From positions 1 through 64,000 of the forward strand of contig CBDCLE010000020.1 of NCBI GenBank assembly GCA_965218585.1: a DNA stretch of 64,000 bases, written 5' to 3'. A program made the position numbers and the translations under genes. Each line of letters begins with the position of its first letter. Positions within the stretch are counted from its first letter, which is position 1. Below the pieces are notes generated by a model that worked only from the letters and a program-made list of their open reading frames with translations, did not search any database and was not told the DNA's origin. This DNA is from Terriglobia bacterium. Its GTDB lineage: Bacteria; Acidobacteriota; Terriglobia; 20CM-2-55-15. Shown piece after piece: positions 30,157-40,458 of this stretch.

Positions 30157-31143
30157 GTGAAGACCACTCTCACACAGCAGGAAATTTACAGCCTCGTCGT
30201 TGATGACCTGGTGCGGGTCGAGGAGGAGCTTGAAGAATATTCCGAATCCTCGATAGGCCCGATCTCCGAGATCGGCCGCTACCTGATCGAAGCCGGTGGG
30301 AAACGTGTACGACCTGCGCTCTTGGTTCTGACTGCGCGCATGTTGGGGGAGGTGTCGCCGTCGGTTATCCGTCTGGCGGCCGTAGTGGAGCTCATTCACA
30401 ATGCAACGTTGCTTCACGATGATGTGATCGACCAATCGGACACGCGGCGTGGCCGGCCCTCGGCGAACACTCACTGGGGTAATCCGATGACCGTGTTGGT
30501 GGGCGATTGGCTGTACATGCAGTCTTTCGCTGCTGCGCTCAGAGAAAAGAGTTTTGATGTCCTGACGACACTGATCGGCATCACGCAGAAAATGGTTGAA
30601 GGTGAACTGTTGCAGCTGACGCTTCTGGGTCGTACCGACGTTGGGTCTCAGGAGTTGTTGGATATCGCGGAGCGCAAGACTGCACATCTGTTCTCAGGAT
30701 GCATGCGATTATCCGGCATTCTTGCATCCGAATCCTCTGCTTCAGTGGAAAAGCTGACCCGGATCGGTCTGGATCTGGGGATGTCGTTTCAACTCGTTGA
30801 TGATCTGCTGGATCTGACCTCGACCAAGGAAGCCATGGGCAAACCGGTTGCCAGTGATCTCAAAGAAGGCAAAGTCACCTTGCCCCTATGTTACGCGATA
30901 GAGGACAAGGTGGTCGGAGCCTCAGCCAAGATTCAGAAAGTACTCGATGAAGGTGAATTTCGTTCTGTAGCTGTGGCCGACATCCTGGGCCTGGTAGATG
31001 AGGCCGATGGTGTCAATCGGACGCGGACCCTTGCAGCGGAATACGCATCGCGTGCCACCAGGGTACTGGAATCTTTCCCTCCGTCCGTTTATCGCGATGC
31101 CATCGTCAGCATTCCCGAATTTATTCTGAATCGACAGTCCTGA
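30157..31143 (+). CDS. ispB: Polyprenyl (octaprenyl/heptaprenyl) diphosphate synthase
   Basis: GGKRVRP, LHDDVID, RRG, FQLVDDLLD. Start GTG 30157 (or ATG 30136). Confidence 0.88.
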   Translation: MKTTLTQQEIYSLVVDDLVRVEEELEEYSESSIGPISEIGRYLIEAGGKRVRPALLVLTARMLGEVSPSVIRLAAVVELIHNATLLHDDVIDQSDTRRGRPSANTHWGNPMTVLVGDWLYMQSFAAALREKSFDVLTTLIGITQKMVEGELLQLTLLGRTDVGSQELLDIAERKTAHLFSGCMRLSGILASESSASVEKLTRIGLDLGMSFQLVDDLLDLTSTKEAMGKPVASDLKEGKVTLPLCYAIEDKVVGASAKIQKVLDEGEFRSVAVADILGLVDEADGVNRTRTLAAEYASRATRVLESFPPSVYRDAIVSIPEFILNRQS

Positions 31144-31204
31144 GGTCCTTTAGGTGCGCTCTTGATCGCATAAAGAAGGACGTGCCCTCAGGTGTAGTTG
31201 CGCT

Positions 31205-31690
31205 TCATCGTTCCGAGTTAGCCGTCAGTGAAGCAATGACTGCAGTCAGGACAAAGAAGACGGCTCCCTTTTCTTCGGGTTTTAAGTCCAGGCCATCGGT
31301 CGCCGCATGGTGAACTTCCGAAATGACGTAGCTGATGAGGTGGGGCTCATCACCCAGATCCGATAACGTAGACGATGGAAGTTCGGTGGCCTGTGATTCG
31401 CTCATCCTCTGGACCCAATGTTCGCTTTCATGGCAGGCGTGGGCAATCTCCTCGCTCGTGACTTCGTCCAGAGATCCAGCTCTGTCGACCATCAGAGCTT
31501 CGTAAACCACGTAGCTCAGGTAGAGGGCCAGTTCGCCGACAGACTGACGACTGGTTGATGTCAGTTCCATCACAAAATCACAGAGAGCGGGCTGTTTCTT
31601 GAAGAAGCTCTCGAATTTCTTTTCCAGGATTTCGTCAGAGCACTCCACGGCCCTGGTGCGGATGGTGGCGATAGTCTCTCTCGTTACCAT
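31205..31690 (-). CDS. Hypothetical protein
   Basis: 161-aa ORF with normal composition, co-oriented with upstream genes. Confidence 0.65.
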   Translation of the reverse strand: MVTRETIATIRTRAVECSDEILEKKFESFFKKQPALCDFVMELTSTSRQSVGELALYLSYVVYEALMVDRAGSLDEVTSEEIAHACHESEHWVQRMSESQATELPSSTLSDLGDEPHLISYVISEVHHAATDGLDLKPEEKGAVFFVLTAVIASLTANSER

Positions 31691-31755
31691 GACAGTATTT
31701 GTCGGATAGGACCGGATGGCGGGGGAAAGGGCGGAGAATCGGATGTCGAATCAGC

Positions 31756-32289
31756 TCACGGCCGTCCCCAGCCAGCAGGAGCTCCAGATCGGCGAAGTTC
31801 CTGCTGGAGATCAGAAATAGCCTGGTTTGCCGCCGCAATACGAGCTTCGGCCTCCACGATTTCTTCTTCCTTGGCCTGTATTTCAGGAAGAAGCAGGCCT
31901 TCCCGGTTGAAGAGGCCGCTTTCGGTCAGGAGACGCTGATTCAGCTCAACGAGTTCCTGCTGGTTCAGCTGCAACCTCTCCCCGGCGCGTATCACTTCAG
32001 CTCGTGCCTCGCTGAACAGCTGACGCCACTGCTGTTCCCCGCGCACTTCGGTGCTTTCTTCGTTCTCTGCACCAGCCTGGGCCGGCGTCGCATCAGCCGC
32101 GGTGTCAGGTCGGGTTCCGACGATCGAAATAGAACCCCCTGTGGCCAGAGTCTCGTTCGTGAACACTCTTCCGCTGATGACTTCCCGCCGCCTCTCTCTT
32201 TCGCTTCGGGCTACATCTGGTAATGACTGGGCGCCGACCTCGGTCGAGAACAGTCCTAGGACCAGCAAAGCGATAAAGCGAATCCTCAT
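31756..32289 (-). CDS. Secreted coiled-coil hypothetical protein
   Basis: Signal peptide, QSLPDVAR..R, VFTNE, coiled coil, GAPAGW end. Start overlaps the PBP1A stop. Confidence 0.8.
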   Translation of the reverse strand: MRIRFIALLVLGLFSTEVGAQSLPDVARSERERRREVISGRVFTNETLATGGSISIVGTRPDTAADATPAQAGAENEESTEVRGEQQWRQLFSEARAEVIRAGERLQLNQQELVELNQRLLTESGLFNREGLLLPEIQAKEEEIVEAEARIAAANQAISDLQQELRRSGAPAGWGRP

Positions 32290-34487
32290 GGCAATCTCCT
32301 ATCGGTAAGTCGGGTGCTCTCGACAACGTTGGGCGATTCCATTCCGCCCGGCAACAGACTGGTGGCGGGCGCCGCGCCGAAGACTTCCACGGGTGTGTCT
32401 TCATAGACTTGCTCCATGAAGGAGAGCCAAACGGGAAGGGCGGCCCGGCTGCCGGTTTCCCCGTTGCCGAGAGTGATTTTTTCGTCAAATCCAACCCAGA
32501 CGCCTGCCGTCAGAGACGGCGTAAACCCCATGAACCACGCATCGGTGAAATCGTTCGTCGTTCCCGTCTTTCCACCGACAGGCCGACCAAGCACCCGAGC
32601 GCGAACTCCGGTTCCGCTTTCAACGACTTCCCGCAACAGGTCAACCATTTCTCGGGCCAGGTCGGACGAGATCACGTCATGAGGTTGGGGGAAATTCTCT
32701 TCGAGAATGTCCCCGTCGTAGTCGGTGACACGATTGATCAGGCGCGGTTCTACCCGGACACCACCGTTCGGAAACGCCGAATACGCCGATGTGAGTTCGA
32801 TCAGGGTCATATCAGTCGCGCCCAGGGCAATAGGTAGGTAGGGCTCGATGACTCGGCGAATGCCGAATCGGGCGACCATCGGAATCAAAGTGTCGAAACC
32901 AATCTCGCTCAAGACGCGAACAGCAGGTACGTTTCGCGACTCTGCCAGTGCCCGTCGCAATGAAATCGGACCCACGTATTGCTCATCGTAGTTCGTTGGC
33001 ATGTAGCCGTCGAAATCCACGGGTTCGTCTACGATCATGGATTCGGGGCGCATGCCGTAATCAAGCGCGGCGGTGTAGAGCAGCGGTTTGAATAACGATC
33101 CGGTCTGGCGAAGCGCCTGGTTCGCTCGGTTGAACTTGCTTTGTTCGAAATCGTATCCACCGACCATCGCCTTCACTTCGCCAGTACGTTGGTCGATCGC
33201 CAAAAGCGATCCCTGGACCTCCGGTGTCTGTTCAAGTGTGAGCGTGATCGTCTTTTCCCCGGGATCGATCGACTGGACAAGAAACTCGGCGACGTCTCCG
33301 CGAGAGAGGATTTCTCCGGGCGATCGACGTCCGGTCCAAGCGATAGCGGACCCACCGATGTCGGTCTGGTATTCACCGACCCGCACCGTGGCAGTCCGGG
33401 AGCCAGCTTCAAGGACAATTCCGGGAACGATGTCTCCGTTCTGAAGTGGTTGCTTCCATTCCTCGAGGGAATGAGATGCGAGATCTTCCAGGCCGTTTTC
33501 GATCAGGTTCGTTCGGGCACCTCTCCAGCCATGGCGCTTGTCGTAGTCCCGGAGTCCCTGTTGCAGGCTGTCCTGGGCGGCGCGTTGCATCCTGGAGTTC
33601 AGCGTCGAATAGACACGGAGTCCTCCCTCATGGACTGCATACGTTCCATAGGTCTCTTCCAGATACTGACGGAGTTCCTCGACGAAGTAGGGAGCGAGTT
33701 CGTCATGATTCTGGGGCGCGTTCAGGCGGATCGGGCGTTGCTTGGCCTGCTCACCGTCCTCCACCGGAATCTTTCCTTCGGCGACCATCCTGTCGATTAC
33801 ATAATTGCGCCGCATCAGAGAGCGTTCGGGGTTGGAGACGGGCGAATACAGTCCCGGGGCACGAGGCAAGGCGGCTAACGTGGCCGCTTCCTCAAGTGTC
33901 AGTTCCTGAATGTTCTTTCCGAAATAGAACTCGGCCGCAGCCGCAAACCCGTACATGCCGTGGCCCAGATATATCTGATTGCTATACAGCGTGAGAATCT
34001 CTTCTTTCGTATAGCGTCTCTCTATCTGGATGGAAAGAAGAGCTTCCTGAAGTTTCAGAGCCCATTGTCGTTGGGGCGAAAGGAAAAGGTTCTCAGCAAG
34101 TTGCTGCGTGATCGTGCTGCCGCCTTCGACGACCCGCCCTGCCAGGACGTTCTTGAGAGCTGCGCGCGATATGCCGTAAAAGTCGAGTCCCCAATGCTGG
34201 AAGAAATTCTGGTCTTCCACCGACACGAGAGCGTCAGTCAGTACCAGAGGTATCTGTGCGGGTTCGATGATGATCCGGCGTTCGAGTGCGAAGGAGCCGA
34301 TGACCTGCCCGTCGTCGCCATACACTTCGGTCACGACGTTCGGGCGGTAGTCCTCGAGAGATTCGACCTGTGGCAGTTCGCTGTTGTAAACGAAAAGGAC
34401 ACCACCTGTTGCGCCCAGAGTGATCGAAACCACAAGGAGTACGGCAAACAGGACCGATCCGAAATATCGCCGAAACGCGACTTTCAT
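32286..34487 (-). CDS. mrcA: Penicillin-binding protein 1A
   Basis: Transglycosylase EDQNFFQHWG and GGSTITQQL; transpeptidase SLFK, SRN, KTGT. Confidence 0.93.
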   Translation of the reverse strand: MKVAFRRYFGSVLFAVLLVVSITLGATGGVLFVYNSELPQVESLEDYRPNVVTEVYGDDGQVIGSFALERRIIIEPAQIPLVLTDALVSVEDQNFFQHWGLDFYGISRAALKNVLAGRVVEGGSTITQQLAENLFLSPQRQWALKLQEALLSIQIERRYTKEEILTLYSNQIYLGHGMYGFAAAAEFYFGKNIQELTLEEAATLAALPRAPGLYSPVSNPERSLMRRNYVIDRMVAEGKIPVEDGEQAKQRPIRLNAPQNHDELAPYFVEELRQYLEETYGTYAVHEGGLRVYSTLNSRMQRAAQDSLQQGLRDYDKRHGWRGARTNLIENGLEDLASHSLEEWKQPLQNGDIVPGIVLEAGSRTATVRVGEYQTDIGGSAIAWTGRRSPGEILSRGDVAEFLVQSIDPGEKTITLTLEQTPEVQGSLLAIDQRTGEVKAMVGGYDFEQSKFNRANQALRQTGSLFKPLLYTAALDYGMRPESMIVDEPVDFDGYMPTNYDEQYVGPISLRRALAESRNVPAVRVLSEIGFDTLIPMVARFGIRRVIEPYLPIALGATDMTLIELTSAYSAFPNGGVRVEPRLINRVTDYDGDILEENFPQPHDVISSDLAREMVDLLREVVESGTGVRARVLGRPVGGKTGTTNDFTDAWFMGFTPSLTAGVWVGFDEKITLGNGETGSRAALPVWLSFMEQVYEDTPVEVFGAAPATSLLPGGMESPNVVESTRLTDRRLP

Positions 34488-34527
34488 TACGAATGATTAT
34501 ATCAGTGGGGAGTTCCCAGGACCCGTC

Positions 34528-36330
34528 TTATTGAGAGCCGACCTTGAGGACGGCCAGAAAGGCCTCCTGGGGGATGTCTACCTTGCCGACCCGTTTCATC
34601 CGCCGTTTGCCTTCCTTCTGCTTTTCTATCAGCTTACGTTTCCGCGTGATATCGCCTCCGTAACATTTGGCGACCACGTTCTTTCGCATGGCCGGTATCG
34701 ACTCACGGGCGATGACCCGGCTCCCGATCGCTGCCTGGATTGCTACTTCAAACATCTGGCGCGGTATGAGTTCCTTCATTTTTTCCACCAGGGCTTTGCC
34801 GCGCGGATAAGCAAAGTCCCGATGAACGATCCACGAAAGGGCATCCACCTGTTCTCCACCGACCAGAATATCGAGCTTGACGAGATCCGAAACGCGGTAT
34901 CCAGATAGTTGATAGTCAAGGGAGGCATAACCCCTGGAAATCGATTTCAGACGATCGTAGAAGTCTAATACGATTTCGTTCAACGGCAATTCATAGGTGA
35001 GCAGGACGCGCGAGGCCGAAACATACTCAAAGCCCTTCTGAGTTCCTCGGCGTTCCTCCAGCAATTTGAGGATCAGTCCCAGATACTCGTCGCCTGTCAT
35101 TACCAGAGCTGTGATGATCGGTTCCTCGATCGCTTCGATGTCTGCGGGGTCCGGGAAGCGACTGGGATTGTCGATCTCAACCATCGCCCCGTCTCTGATG
35201 AGAATCCTGTAGCGAACCCCGGGAGCAGTCGTGATGAGCGAGAGTTCAAACTCACGCTCCAACCGTTCCTGAATAATTTCCATGTGGAGCATGCCCAGAA
35301 AACCGCAGCGGAAGCCGAAACCCAGGGCCGTCGACGTTTCAGGCTCGTAGAAAAAGGATGAATCGTTGAGCCGGAGCTTTTCCAGCGCGTCTCGCAGCCC
35401 CTCGTACTGATTCGGCTCGATGGGGTACAGACCTGCAAATACCAGAGGTTTGATTTCCTGAAAGCCTGGAAACGGCGTTTCCGTCGGGCGTTGCTCCCCG
35501 GTGATCGTGTCCCCGATCTGCGTGTCGGACACGGTCTTGATGTTGGCGATGATGTAGCCGACTTCGCCGGCCTCGAGGCAATCTGTCGGCTGCATGTGTG
35601 GCGACCGGATCCCTATCTCCTCGGCCTGGTAGACACTGCCGTTGGACATCAGGCGGATGCGCATGCCCTTCTCGATCTTTCCATCGATCATCCGAACCAG
35701 CACGATGACGCCGCAGTACATGTCGAACCAGGAATCAAAGATCAACGCCTTCAGTGGCGCGTCCGGGTCGCCTTCCGGTGCCGGGACCTGTTTTACGATA
35801 GCCTCAAGCACTTCGTCGACCCCATCGCCATGCTTCGCGCTTATCTGCAGCGCATCTCCCTGATCGAAACCGATTACAGACTGCATTTGTTCCTGGACGC
35901 GTTCGATTTCGGCACCGGGCAGATCGATCTTGTTCAGGATCGGAACGATTTCGAGCTGATTGTCCAGGGCAAGGTAGGTGTTGGTCAGGGTCTGCGCCTC
36001 AACGCCCTGTGAAGCATCCACCACCAGCAATGCTCCCTCGCTTGCTGCGAGGCTTCGTGAGACTTCGTAGCTGAAATCTACGTGACCTGGTGTATCGATG
36101 AGGTTCAGAACGTACGCGTTTCCGTCCCGTGCGGTGTAGTTCAACCGCACAGTGGCCGCTTTGATAGTAATTCCGCGCTCTCGTTCCAGATCCATCGCAT
36201 CGAGGACCTGCTGAGACATCTCTCGTTCTGTCAACGCGCCTGTCATTTCCAGGAGGCGGTCGGCCAGCGTGGATTTGCCGTGATCGATGTGGGCGATGAT
36301 GGAAAAGTTCCGGATATGGTCCAACTGCAT
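34528..36330 (-). CDS. lepA: Elongation factor 4 (LepA)
   Basis: [41 protein letters not shown]. Confidence 0.99.
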   Translation of the reverse strand: MQLDHIRNFSIIAHIDHGKSTLADRLLEMTGALTEREMSQQVLDAMDLERERGITIKAATVRLNYTARDGNAYVLNLIDTPGHVDFSYEVSRSLAASEGALLVVDASQGVEAQTLTNTYLALDNQLEIVPILNKIDLPGAEIERVQEQMQSVIGFDQGDALQISAKHGDGVDEVLEAIVKQVPAPEGDPDAPLKALIFDSWFDMYCGVIVLVRMIDGKIEKGMRIRLMSNGSVYQAEEIGIRSPHMQPTDCLEAGEVGYIIANIKTVSDTQIGDTITGEQRPTETPFPGFQEIKPLVFAGLYPIEPNQYEGLRDALEKLRLNDSSFFYEPETSTALGFGFRCGFLGMLHMEIIQERLEREFELSLITTAPGVRYRILIRDGAMVEIDNPSRFPDPADIEAIEEPIITALVMTGDEYLGLILKLLEERRGTQKGFEYVSASRVLLTYELPLNEIVLDFYDRLKSISRGYASLDYQLSGYRVSDLVKLDILVGGEQVDALSWIVHRDFAYPRGKALVEKMKELIPRQMFEVAIQAAIGSRVIARESIPAMRKNVVAKCYGGDITRKRKLIEKQKEGKRRMKRVGKVDIPQEAFLAVLKVGSQ

Positions 36331-36496
36331 AAAAATTGATTGTAGCTTAAACAGATGAGTGGTGCTCAGGGGGCAGCGACCTGAAAAAAGGCACCTGCCC
36401 GGCTCCGATTATCTCATTGCTCTAAGGCCCGCTGTGTCCCTAAATGGGCTTGCGATCAGGCGAGCGAAATCTTCCCTCGGGGTTAGTGAGCGTGAT

Positions 36497-37396
36497 TCAG
36501 GATGGCTTCAAAGCAAAAAGGGCCGCGCCAATAATCCCCGCGTTGTTACCAAGCTTAGAACCGACAATGCGGCAGTTCGAAAAGGTTTGAGGATAGGTTC
36601 GGCGCTGGGCCTCCTTTCGCGCTGGCTTGAGTAAGAGCTCGCCCACTCGGGAGAGGCCTCCTCCGATCACGATCATCTCCAGGTTCAGCAGGTTGATCAG
36701 AGTTGCACAGGCGATGCCCAGATACCGTCCCGCTTCGGCAATGACAGCCAATGAAGTGGAATCTCCCTCGCGGGCGGCCTTGTGTATGGCTGTTGCCGTT
36801 AATGATTCCTCCGATTTCGTCTTTTCCCGTGCCAGATTCACCAGACCGGTGGCGGAGGCCACCGTTTCCAGGCACCCGCGTCCACCGCAGGGGCAGGGCA
36901 GTCCGTCAGGCTCGACGACGATGTGGCCGGCCTCAGCCGCGTAACCCAGAAGACCCGTATAGGGACGCCCGTTCAGTATCAATCCGGAACCGACGCCTGT
37001 CCCCAGCGTCAGGCATGCCAGATCGGAAGTACCGATTCCGGCACCGACCAGGAATTCGCCCCAGGCACTCATGTCGGCGTCGTTTCGGCCCACGACGGGC
37101 AGTTCGATCCGTTCCGAGAACTCGCCCTCGAGGTTTACACCGTTCAGGCACGTCAGATTGGGTGAAAATTCGATGACACCGGTATCTTTGGAACGCAGTC
37201 CGGGAATACCCAGTCCTATCGCCTCGGGACTATACCCGCGACCGAGGTCTTCGACCAGAGAGGTAAGTGTCAGGACCAACGCCTCGGAGCTTTCTGCTAC
37301 GGTCGGTCGAACGCGAGTGTCGAGGACGGTACCGTCCTGATCCACGAGACCTGCTTTGATCGTCGTTCCACCGATATCGATGCCGATCGCCTGCAT
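36497..37396 (-). CDS. ROK family kinase (glucokinase-like)
   Basis: GIDIGGT, NDA, LGTGVG, EAGH, CPCGGRGCLE. Confidence 0.92.
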   Translation of the reverse strand: MQAIGIDIGGTTIKAGLVDQDGTVLDTRVRPTVAESSEALVLTLTSLVEDLGRGYSPEAIGLGIPGLRSKDTGVIEFSPNLTCLNGVNLEGEFSERIELPVVGRNDADMSAWGEFLVGAGIGTSDLACLTLGTGVGSGLILNGRPYTGLLGYAAEAGHIVVEPDGLPCPCGGRGCLETVASATGLVNLAREKTKSEESLTATAIHKAAREGDSTSLAVIAEAGRYLGIACATLINLLNLEMIVIGGGLSRVGELLLKPARKEAQRRTYPQTFSNCRIVGSKLGNNAGIIGAALFALKPS

Positions 37397-37429
37397 AGTA
37401 TTCCTATGGTACGGGAAATCGTCCTTGGT

Positions 37430-37552
37430 CAGAAATTGGGGTCAGAGCCCCTATTCCCGGATTTTCGTCTGAATCCAGCGCTGGTCTAAATAGGAAATAG
37501 GGGCTCTGACCCCAATTTCTGTCGTACCATCCCTTAGTCGTACCATCCCTTA
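37430..37552. repeat. 26-bp perfect inverted repeat (REP/MITE-like) followed by a 16-bp tandem duplication
   Basis: CAGAAATTGGGGTCAGAGCCCCTATT (37430-37455) and its exact reverse complement (37496-37521). GTCGTACCATCCCTTA twice (37521-37552). Confidence 0.9.
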
Positions 37553-37567
37553 GAGGAGGGGAGACAA

Positions 37568-38014
37568 ATGGGCATCAAGCAGATAGGTGCAGAGGAGGCG
37601 CGGCAGGCCATGGAAGCCTCGGGCGACGTCGTGTATGTGGATGTTCGAACACCCCAGGAATTCGAACAGGGACATCCACCGAGAGCTATCAACATACCGG
37701 TCGTATTCCCCAATCCCCAATTGGGCCAGATGGAACCGAATCCAGACTTCATAAAAGTCGTGGAATCGCATGTAGGAAAGGACAAGTCTGTGATCGTCGG
37801 TTGCAAGATGGGCGGGCGGTCTCAAATGGCTGCCGAGTTGATGGATGGTGCCGGCTACGGGGACGTATCGAACATGCAGGGCGGTTTCGGCGGTGCGCGA
37901 GACCGCATGAGCGGAGAAATCGTCGTGCCGGGCTGGACCCAGCTGGAGTTCCCCGTAGAGATGGAGGTAAACGCTCGGAATGGCTACGAGGAATTGAAGA
38001 AGAGCGCTTTCTGA
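37568..38014 (+). CDS. Rhodanese-like domain protein
   Basis: YVDVRTPQEFEQGH, CKMGGRS, MQGG. RBS GAGGAGG. Confidence 0.9.
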   Translation: MGIKQIGAEEARQAMEASGDVVYVDVRTPQEFEQGHPPRAINIPVVFPNPQLGQMEPNPDFIKVVESHVGKDKSVIVGCKMGGRSQMAAELMDGAGYGDVSNMQGGFGGARDRMSGEIVVPGWTQLEFPVEMEVNARNGYEELKKSAF

Positions 38015-38024
38015 AGCGTTTCCG

Positions 38025-39230
38025 CTAGAGTAATATTCCTGCGATGGATGCCGTCATGAACGTCGCCAGCGTCCCGCCCAAGAGCGATCGCAAGCCCAGC
38101 CGGGCGAGGTCATGACGACGATCCGGGGCAATTCCTCCGATTCCTCCGATCATGATGCCGATCGAGCCGAGGTTCGCGAAACCGGCTAGCGCGTAAGTGA
38201 CGATCGTGACGGACCGCGGGTTCAGCGCGCCGGGTGTTTCCATGATCTGGGTCAAATTGCTGTAGGCGACGAATTCGTTCAGTATGACCTTCTGTCCCAG
38301 AAGACTGCCGACGGTGACAACATCCGCCCACGGGACGCCCAGCGTGAAGGCGACAGGCGCAAACAGGATGCCCAGGATCTGTTCCAGCGTGATTCCGACA
38401 AGTCCCAGGATTCCGTTGGCCAGCGCAATGAGTGCCACGAAGGCGATCAGCATGGCGCCGACATTGAGGGCCAGACGCAGCCCATCGGAAGTCCCGCGTG
38501 CGATGGCGTCGATAAAGTTGACGTCCTCCTGGTCCATTTCTACCTCGATCCGGCCGCGAGTCTCGGGCGTCTCGGTCTCCGGGTTCAGCATCTTTGCGAT
38601 AACCAGCCCGGCCGGGGCGGCCATGACACTTGCGGTCAACAGATGCCCCGCATCCACACCCATCTGTACGTACCCGGCCATCACGCTTCCCGCGATGGTG
38701 GCCATGCCTCCGGTCATCAGAGCCATCATTTCCGATTGAGTCATCCTGGAGACGAAAGGTTTGACCACAAGAGGGGCTTCGGTCATTCCCATGAAAACGT
38801 TCGCCGCAGCCGCCAGCGATTCGGCTCCACTTGTGCGCATCGTTTTTTTCATGATCTTCGCGAACACCAGAACGACGCGTTGCATGATGCCGACGTGGTA
38901 GAGCAGTGAAAACAGCGCAGCTGTGAATACGATGATCGGCAGAACCTGGAACGCGATCACGACTCCGAATGAATCCGTGTCTGAAGCCAGGGGGCCGAAA
39001 ACAAAAGCGGCACCCGCATTGGCGAATTCAAGCATGGTGGTTACCCCGCGACTGATGAAGTCGAAAACAGCCAGTCCGGGACTTGTCTTGAGGATGAAGA
39101 GAGCGAAGGCCAGTTGCAGGCCCAGCCCCCAGCCGACGATCCGATAATCGATAGCCCGCCTGTTGTTGGAGAGTCCGTACGCGACGGAGAGCATGAGGAG
39201 CAGCCCGCCGACACTGATGATGTTTGTCAT
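38025..39230 (-). CDS. nupC: Concentrative nucleoside transporter (NupC/CNT family)
   Basis: FQVLPII, GAES, GMTEAP, GMATIAGS, NEFVAY, GFANLGSIG. Likely start ATG 39230. Confidence 0.9.
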   Translation of the reverse strand: MTNIISVGGLLLMLSVAYGLSNNRRAIDYRIVGWGLGLQLAFALFILKTSPGLAVFDFISRGVTTMLEFANAGAAFVFGPLASDTDSFGVVIAFQVLPIIVFTAALFSLLYHVGIMQRVVLVFAKIMKKTMRTSGAESLAAAANVFMGMTEAPLVVKPFVSRMTQSEMMALMTGGMATIAGSVMAGYVQMGVDAGHLLTASVMAAPAGLVIAKMLNPETETPETRGRIEVEMDQEDVNFIDAIARGTSDGLRLALNVGAMLIAFVALIALANGILGLVGITLEQILGILFAPVAFTLGVPWADVVTVGSLLGQKVILNEFVAYSNLTQIMETPGALNPRSVTIVTYALAGFANLGSIGIMIGGIGGIAPDRRHDLARLGLRSLLGGTLATFMTASIAGILL

Positions 39231-39315
39231 GTGTTCCTCTCTTGGGATGTTTGTCTCGATGAAGCGCCACTCGAGCTCTATCGGTGAAATTTCCCGGGCA
39301 GTATAATCGAAAGCT

Positions 39316-39846
39316 ATGGAAGTCAGTGTCGGTGGGGTCCTGTTGCGTGTGGTGGAAGGCGACATAACCCAGATGGCGACCGATGCGATAGTGAACGCAG
39401 CCAATAATCATTTCTGGATGGGCGGAGGCGTCGCAGGAGCGATCAAGAGGGCCGGTGGCGGTAATATTGAAACCGAAGCAATGAGTCGAGGTCCCGTGCC
39501 GGTCGGGGAGTCTGTGGTGACAAGGGCAGGGAGCCTGCCTGCCCGATACGTTATCCATGCAGCTGTCATGGGGCAGGACCTTCAAACGAATACGAAGTCG
39601 ATTCGTGATGCCACCCGGAGTACTCTCGAACGCGCCGAAGAGCTTGGAATCGAGAGCGTGGCTCTGCCGGCATTCGGGACAGGAGTCGGTGGATTTCCAG
39701 CAACCGAATCGGCCGGTGCCATGCTAGGTGCTGCGCTCGAATTTGTTCAGCAGGACGAACTTGCACTAAAGTTGATCGTTTTCGTGCTGTTCTCCAACGA
39801 TCTTGCAGAAATTTTTGGAGCGACCCTTGCCAGCGCCCTCAGATAG
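39316..39846 (+). CDS. Macro domain protein (ADP-ribose processing)
   Basis: GDIT, DAIVNAAN, GGGVAGAI, VIHA, GTGVGG. Confidence 0.93.
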   Translation: MEVSVGGVLLRVVEGDITQMATDAIVNAANNHFWMGGGVAGAIKRAGGGNIETEAMSRGPVPVGESVVTRAGSLPARYVIHAAVMGQDLQTNTKSIRDATRSTLERAEELGIESVALPAFGTGVGGFPATESAGAMLGAALEFVQQDELALKLIVFVLFSNDLAEIFGATLASALR

Positions 39847-39858
39847 GAGAACCTAACC

Positions 39859-40215
39859 ATGTTTTGTCCGACCTGTGGATCTGAATACCTAGAGGGAATC
39901 ACCGAATGCGGAGACTGTGGTGTCGCACTTGTCGCCGAACTGCCTAAATTCGAAGACAACGATGAGCCCTTGAAGATGATCCGGATCACTGGACCGACCG
40001 AGGCGCCGATGATTGAAGAACTGCTCGAACACAATGGGATCGACTCGATTCTGCAAGGTGAGGCGTCGGCAGCCACAATTCCAGCCACTGGCCAACTCAA
40101 CGCAGTGCGTATCTGGGTGCCCGCCTCCAATGCGGAAAGGGCCTACGAAATAGTCGAGGCATTTTTTGACGATGAGAGCGAGAAACTTGAAGAGAATGAG
40201 GGTCCGGTTGAATAG
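39859..40215 (+). CDS. Zinc-ribbon / DUF2007 domain protein
   Basis: MFCPTCGSEY...CGDCGVALV, LEHNGI, IWVP. Confidence 0.82.
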   Translation: MFCPTCGSEYLEGITECGDCGVALVAELPKFEDNDEPLKMIRITGPTEAPMIEELLEHNGIDSILQGEASAATIPATGQLNAVRIWVPASNAERAYEIVEAFFDDESEKLEENEGPVE

Positions 40216-40256
40216 TGGGTATTGTCCGAGACCCGCGTAGTGTAGGAATATAAGGC

Positions 40257-40388
40257 ATGGATAATTTTACGCTCGCCGTAGTTATAGGTATCGTAGTCGT
40301 TCTTTGCGTTCTGTTGGGCCTCGTAATAGTGGACAAGGGTGCGCCCGATCCCGACCAGATTCCTAAGTCCCGAGGAAGAAAGTCGTAA
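40257..40388 (+). CDS. Small single-pass membrane protein (43 aa), absent from the ORF track
   Basis: MDNFTLAVVIGIVVVLCVLLGLVIVDKGAPDPDQIPKSRGRKS: a 21-aa hydrophobic helix with a basic tail, filling the gap between co-oriented genes. Confidence 0.65.
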   Translation: MDNFTLAVVIGIVVVLCVLLGLVIVDKGAPDPDQIPKSRGRKS

Positions 40389-40458
40389 GTCTGGCCGTTG
40401 TTTCGGCGTTGCCAAAGATCAATTCCACAGATTCCTCGTCATCGATATCAGTTCCGAT

